Positions 58,720 to 64,000 of a DNA stretch of 64,000 nt are shown here, one piece after another. Under the pieces are notes generated by a model. The model did not search any database. It saw nothing but the letters and a program-made list of their open reading frames with translations, and was not told where the DNA came from. Both the position numbers and the translations under genes were made by a program. Every line of letters begins with the position of its first letter. Position 1 is the first letter of the stretch. Location of the stretch: contig RDEW01000006.1 of the NCBI GenBank assembly GCA_011109175.1, positions 1,696,133-1,760,132 on the forward strand. The letters run 5' to 3'. Source of the stretch: Dicyema japonicum. Taxonomy: Eukaryota; Animalia; Dicyemida.

Positions 58720-59600
58720 ATCACTAACGGTCAGGCCTCCTATGGTCTTGAATAGGTGACTAGATTATTCTGCTGATTGAATATTTTGACATCTTTTCCC
58801 TTTTTGTCTCTTCTTGAAGCGATCCAGGTTTTTTCATTTCCTTCAGAATGTTTAAATGCTGTGTTTGAGGTAAATAGGTCAAACAAGAGCAGAATTGGAC
58901 CAGTGATATTCTTCATCTTCCTCATAAACTGCTTTGCAATGCGTCCAATTCCAACTCAGTTTATTCAATCTTCCTACAAAAGAAAGAATTCATCCCCCGT
59001 CTCTTCTAAAGAATAGTCACTTTGAATGTAATCTAAAATCGACAATCCAAGGCAAGCGGAATTTTTAATATTATAGATAACCTATTTCCTGGTCTTGGAT
59101 ACATAGTCACCGACAAATGATCCATTCCATCAATTTAAAATCATTTCCATAAATAATAATTCCAAAATCAAGTCTCTAATCTTCCATGAGAATATTGAGT
59201 ATCCCCCAATCTTGTGCAGACATTGGACTTTGATCCTTCAAACCTCTTTTTCGAATGAAATTGAATAAGAAGCTAGGTCAAGGAATCTATGCCAATTTAT
59301 AACCGATTCTGATGGAAGAGATGAAACTGAGAAATTGAATAATTAGAAAATAAGTTCATTTTGATAATCAATTTTAATTCAAATTACAAGATGAACACTC
59401 ACAATTCAATATAATATTGAAGGTTTCCAGAATGAGAACACCATGATATCTTTTCAGGAAACTTGAATTCGACTTGTTTATCAATAAATTTGAACAAAAA
59501 TTAAAAATCATACTAAATTTCATATAAAAATATCTAAAAATTATATATCTACACGTCAGTAGAACAAATATAAAAATATATATTCCTAGCGGGAACAAAT
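58720..59600 (-). CDS. putative unidentified multi-exon gene
   Basis: Open stretches such as NSACLGLSILDYIQSDYSLEETGDEFFLFVGRLNKLSWNWTHCKAVYEE; structure unresolved. Confidence 0.25.
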
Positions 59601-60559
59601 GGGAACAGCACTAGAAAAATACCACTTTATGTTAATTTAAATTTTATTAAATTTTTGGTCCGACAACAATAAAGTTAATATTTTAATATTATTATATTTT
59701 ATTATTTTATTAAAAATCATACGAAAAACTTACCTAATGAAGGATTCGGCTTCATACAGGTCGGTCGCGTTATTGTGTTGTTGTAGAAAATTATGGAAGG
59801 GCTGGTTCTCGTGAAGTGTTCAGAAACTGAATAGAAACCTTAAACCAAAACCCACGACGATAAGCGGACAAACTCGATCTTATACATTCATACATGGACG
59901 ATTCAGTTATCAGAGAATGAGTCTTGAAGGAGAACAAAGTCCGAGTACCGCAACCGTGACTTATGTCCAATGAGTTTGGGGATTCATCATTACTCTCTAA
60001 TGAAGATGTCAGCTTAAATTATTGGTCAGATAAGCCGGGAATATGAGATCAGACGCCTTGATTTTCTGTGACCTAATTTTGCAAACACAACATGGTCATA
60101 ATAGAATAAAATGGCGAGACTCAGAAAACTCCATGAACGGAGATATGCTCAGCATCTCATGGCAGCCTTAGCCTGGTTTGTTCTGTTGCTTAATAAACTT
60201 TACAAAATGGCTTTTATGAAAACTAATTCTGAGATGAGTGTAAGACCATCTACCAACAGCCTACAAACCTGTTACTGAAAACAACATAAGCAAAAGAAAT
60301 AAAAGATTAATTCAAGCACAGACGTCAGTAGTGTTAACCTTAGAAAGCACTTTGCCCGCTAGTGGGAGAAGAATGTGATTTCTTAGTCATATAATAATCA
60401 CTACTGTTGAAGACGAGGAGACAACAACAAGTCCACTGTGATGAGTAAGGAATCATATTAGACAAATGTATTAAAAGTCAGTCACCTGGTAGTCATTGTG
60501 ACTACTTTTGACAGACTTCCTATTATGTTGCTTGTAATGAGTCTGTGGTAATATAATTT

Positions 60560-60970
60560 CGCTGTTGCGGCAGATGTCACCTTTGAGGGCAGTAGTTACC
60601 CACAAGATCTCTCATAGTATGGTTAACGGAGTAGTGTTAACCTGTATCAATAAGGTTATGGCTTATGCAGTGGAGGCTAAGCCAGTAGGGTCACTTGGCG
60701 ACATCTCCCTAGTTCTGTATGCATCACAGATCAAATATGAGTTTACGCAAGGGCCAGACAACCCATTAAATGGAGGGAGCAGATCTGTGCCAAAATTGCT
60801 TGGAAGCAGACTGAGCTGGAAGCACTGTAAGGACACACATAATTAGTGCGGCGAGAGTGGTCTATAGTAAAGGAACTAATTAGTAAACTCTATGTTCCCC
60901 AATGAGACCTCAAAGAGTCGAGGAGGGCAAAGGTGGAGTTAGAAAGAGCAATAATGGTGTATAAGAGAAA
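60560..60970 (+). mobile_element. R4/Dong N-terminal region fragment
   Basis: Diverged direct repeat of 62285-62710. Confidence 0.75.
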
Positions 60971-61239
60971 TATTTATTATGTAATGAAATCAACACGTTG
61001 TTTGTCTATTTCTGTTCTTCTATTCTCTTCTACTCAATCCTTCTATTCAATTTTCAAATGACCGTTATTTTACATATTCTGAAAAAACTGCAAACAAAAG
61101 TGATAGAAAATGGAGTCGTTTGTGATTTCACCTCCCATCTCATAAGACCAATGGAGAGGTGGAAATGTGTTTTTACCGGTTGTGTTGTTTGTAAGATTAA
61201 CCAACAGGCAACAAATAAATGAATTTCCAAAGTATTCAA

Positions 61240-61900
61240 GAACATTGCTCTGAACACTCACGGAAGTAAGATGGCTTTCGGAAGTAAGATGGCTTTCGGA
61301 AAGAAAGGCATTAAATCAATTTGAAGATAAAAATAAGGTTCACAGAAAAAAACTGAGAAACATTTATCTAATAGGCTATTACTACAAAGTTAGAATTAGA
61401 AGCTTTTGTAGTAAATCGTTATTGTTAGGAGCCTTTGGTATCCCTCACGTGTTGCATTAAAAGCGCTTGTTCCAGAAAAATCTACACGTGTTTTCCAATC
61501 GTTGCATAATGTAGTTTGAAAATAAAGACATTCAAAAATAGATGAATTGAGCAGTTAAAATATCAATAAGTTGACAAGGTAATCACTACAATAATTATTC
61601 ATTTTTATTGAGATTTGTGAATTACTGTGACTGATTCGTTTTCGCTATCAGAAGCACGTGGAAGTATTCAACTTCAACGTGAAGTACGATAATAAACGAA
61701 TTGATAAAAATGACCTTTTTTTGTTGAAAATTATAAATCTTAAAAATAATGAGATTAATGTTGAAGAATATTTTTGCATTTTTCCAAATGACCGACAACT
61801 TGGTGCAATATTGACCTAGATATCAAAGTCATCAATAAATTCTCATGAAGGAAAGAAATTTTACTAAAGACAATGTTAAAAATTACATAAAGGCCTGGAA
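61240..61900 (+). mobile_element. hAT transposase remnant
   Basis: TEVRWLS motif (tandemly duplicated 18 nt at ~61262-61300) typical of hAT HTEVRWLSRG. Confidence 0.55.
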
Positions 61901-62079
61901 AATATGTGTTAGCTAATTAACCGTCCCCAGGAGAGGATATTAAGGTTAACATTCAAATTCACTCAAAGGTGGCAATTTTCACGATACGATTTTTTCTCAA
62001 AAAAGCTGATAATCTAAATTGACAAACGACCACGAAGGATTCATATTTACATGACCTCCAAATTATTTATGAGAGTAAA

Positions 62080-63210
62080 GTGGTGCACATTGATACAAAA
62101 CTTGTCCCGTCCTTTGTCAGGTTGCAAATGACTTCTATGATTGAGCTCAAGAAAATAGCTGTAGACAACTATGGTCAGAGAAGGAATACTGTTTTAAAGG
62201 CGGGGACTAACTGTCAAAGAAAGCACGAGCACCCGAGCTGTGATATATTCCAGCTCGAGCATATTTATGAGGTTTTCACGTGTAATCTCGCTGTTGCGGC
62301 AGATGTCACCTTTGAGGGCAGTAGTCACCCACAAGATCCCTCATAGTATGGTTTACGGAGTAGTGTTAACCTGTATCAATAAGGTTGTGGCTTATGCGTG
62401 GAAGGTAAGCCAGTAGGGTGGGCGACATCTCCCTAGTTCTGTATGCATCACAGATCAAATATGAGGAGTTCACGCAAGGCCAGACAACCCATTAAATGGA
62501 GGGAGCAGATCTGTGAGAAGATTGCTTGGAGGCAGACTGAGCTGGAAGCACTGGAGGGGCACATAACTAGTGTGGCGAGAGGGGTTAGAGGAAAAGCACC
62601 GCCTATAGTAAAGGGGCTAATTAGTAAACTCCGTGTTCCCAAATGGGACCTCAAGAGTTGAGGAGGGAAAAGGTAAAGTTAGAGGGGCAATAATGGTATA
62701 TAAGAGGAAACTCTATACACATAAAAGTCGGTGTAAAAGAAGGAGAAAAAATAATCTGTTTGAGTTTAATCGCAGATTGTTTTACCGTCGCCTACACGAA
62801 AATGGCCATAATGCATGTTCACAGCAGGACGCCGAAATGCTTTTCACATGGGGTAGTATGTGGGAGGCTAAATCACATAGAGGAAATGCGTGGAATGTAT
62901 TGAGACGTCTCACTGATTGGAAGACGACCTGGGTAGATAAAGTTTACAATTTCTTTATTAAAAGATCTACCTCATTGCACGAGTCTATGTGTCGAGTAAT
63001 ACAGAAGAGCGTCACTAACCCGGAACGATTCCTGATTGGGCCAACTTATTTGATCCCAAAGCTGCACAAACCTCAGTCTGCTGCAGATTATCGACCAAAA
63101 CCTTCATGCCAACCTTGTATAAGATGATGACCAAATTGGCGGCAATAAGGTCAGGATATTTTTAGATGCAAATGGATTTCTCTCCAAGAATCAGTTGGGT
63201 ACCGTACGAA
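62080..63210 (+). mobile_element. R4/Dong retroelement 5' half (N-terminal region to RT domain 1)
   Basis: LFEFNRRLFYRRL, TYLIPK..ADYRP, then ATGCCAACCTTGTATAAGATGATGACC..CAGTTGGGTACCGTACG overlapping the start of the 22835 copy. Confidence 0.8.
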
Positions 63211-63569
63211 AAAATTCGTTTTTGAAGAAACTACCGGCAAATGTTTGACAGATTATTATATGCGCTTAGATGGTTCGCTATTCGACGCCTTCCGAAACAT
63301 AAGAGATGTTTTGGAGATTAACATTAGTCAAATAAATTCGCATATGGGAGAAACTTGGAATCGTGTGACTATAATTACAATAATTCTTGAAAAAGATAAA
63401 AGAACGATGATCTGTAAGAATTATTCCAAAAAACAAATGCAAACAAAATGTTGAATGTATATTATAATTTTATTTATTTATTAACCCCGGACAGTCGAAC
63501 TCTTCTGAGGTTCCTGTACCATGAGATCATTTACATAGTGCTAATAATTCACGTACACAATTATTTATT

Positions 63570-63885
63570 TATTAACCCCGGATACACCGAGAAAGAAGTT
63601 AAAGTAAACAACTAATTAAGTGTATCCAGTTTCCACTTCTACAGAAACAGAGTCCATCCGGAATTAGCATAGGTAAAGACGTCCATTACATGCAGTTGTG
63701 GAAACCCCTCCAGTGGAGTGGGGGAGAGCAAATGATCCTTTTTCGTGCCGGTCTGGCACTGGACGCCACCTAGACAGGTGGATCACATGACGCCACTCTA
63801 ATAGGAAGAAGGAGGAGGAACAGACGAACAAAGAGAAACTTCAACCAATTAGCCACGAAGCACCACATGGCCGCCACGCGGCTAT
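63570..63885 (-). mobile_element. short non-autonomous element: conserved head plus LINE family A tail
   Basis: Head AGCCGCGTGGCGGCCATGTGGTG..GTGGCTAATTGG; tail ..ETGYT* TAATTAGTTG..CCGGGGTTAATAATAAAT; another tail ends at ~63480. Confidence 0.7.
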
Positions 63886-64000
63886 TATTTAGAAGATGTT
63901 CATTATATTTTACAAAAAGACAACATGGAAAATGATTGACTTTTTAATAAATTCATTTCTTTTTAATAAAAAAATAATTTGAAATTAATATTTCAAATTA

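Noticed and set aside
63835-63885. HDV-like ribozyme in the short-element head
   Set aside because: GCTAAT resembles J4/2 but I could not form P1/P2/P3 from the conserved bases; left as a test, not a call
1-64000. CRISPR array, rRNA or prokaryotic operon
   Set aside because: No regularly spaced repeat-spacer array or rRNA signature; genes are eukaryotic and spliced

Overview
AT-rich eukaryotic (animal) genomic DNA, dense with transposon debris, in which compact host genes are split by very small (mostly 21-29 nt) spliceosomal introns, so the ORF track only catches exon pieces. Host genes I could splice together by hand: SPAG1-like TPR co-chaperone (4227-6206, -), GH27 alpha-galactosidase/alpha-N-acetylgalactosaminidase (~7090-8376, -), two inverted copies of a divergent Meis/PKNOX-like TALE homeobox gene (16731-17505 - and 41122-41895 +), an NR1F (ROR/HR3)-type nuclear receptor with DBD and LBD (~28353-29720, -) and RNA polymerase subunit RPB12 (54234-54456, -); several further spliced genes at 47.7-59.6 kb are unidentified. 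NR1F (bilaterian) plus SPAG1 (motile cilia) plus ~24-nt introns at conserved positions point, by inference, to a dicyemid-like mesozoan rather than a myxozoan or microsporidian. Mobile elements: a full-length PHD-finger CRE-clade retrotransposon with poly(A) and 10-bp TSD, a second CRE subfamily, R4/Dong-type RLE retroelements, RTE fragments, a very abundant I/Ingi-like LINE family with short derivatives, a tRNA-derived SINE, intron-containing Ginger-like integrase transposons with TGTCACAG termini, and hAT and pogo remnants. Frequent 1-nt homopolymer indels in conserved genes suggest an unpolished long-read assembly, so single frameshifts are not read as biology. The most unusual signals are a ~5-fold excess of the palindrome CACGTG concentrated outside young retroelements, the Meis-like homeodomain with K50/D51, the PHD-CRE elements and the micro-intron-bearing transposases. 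All counts are hand tallies; many element boundaries are approximate.
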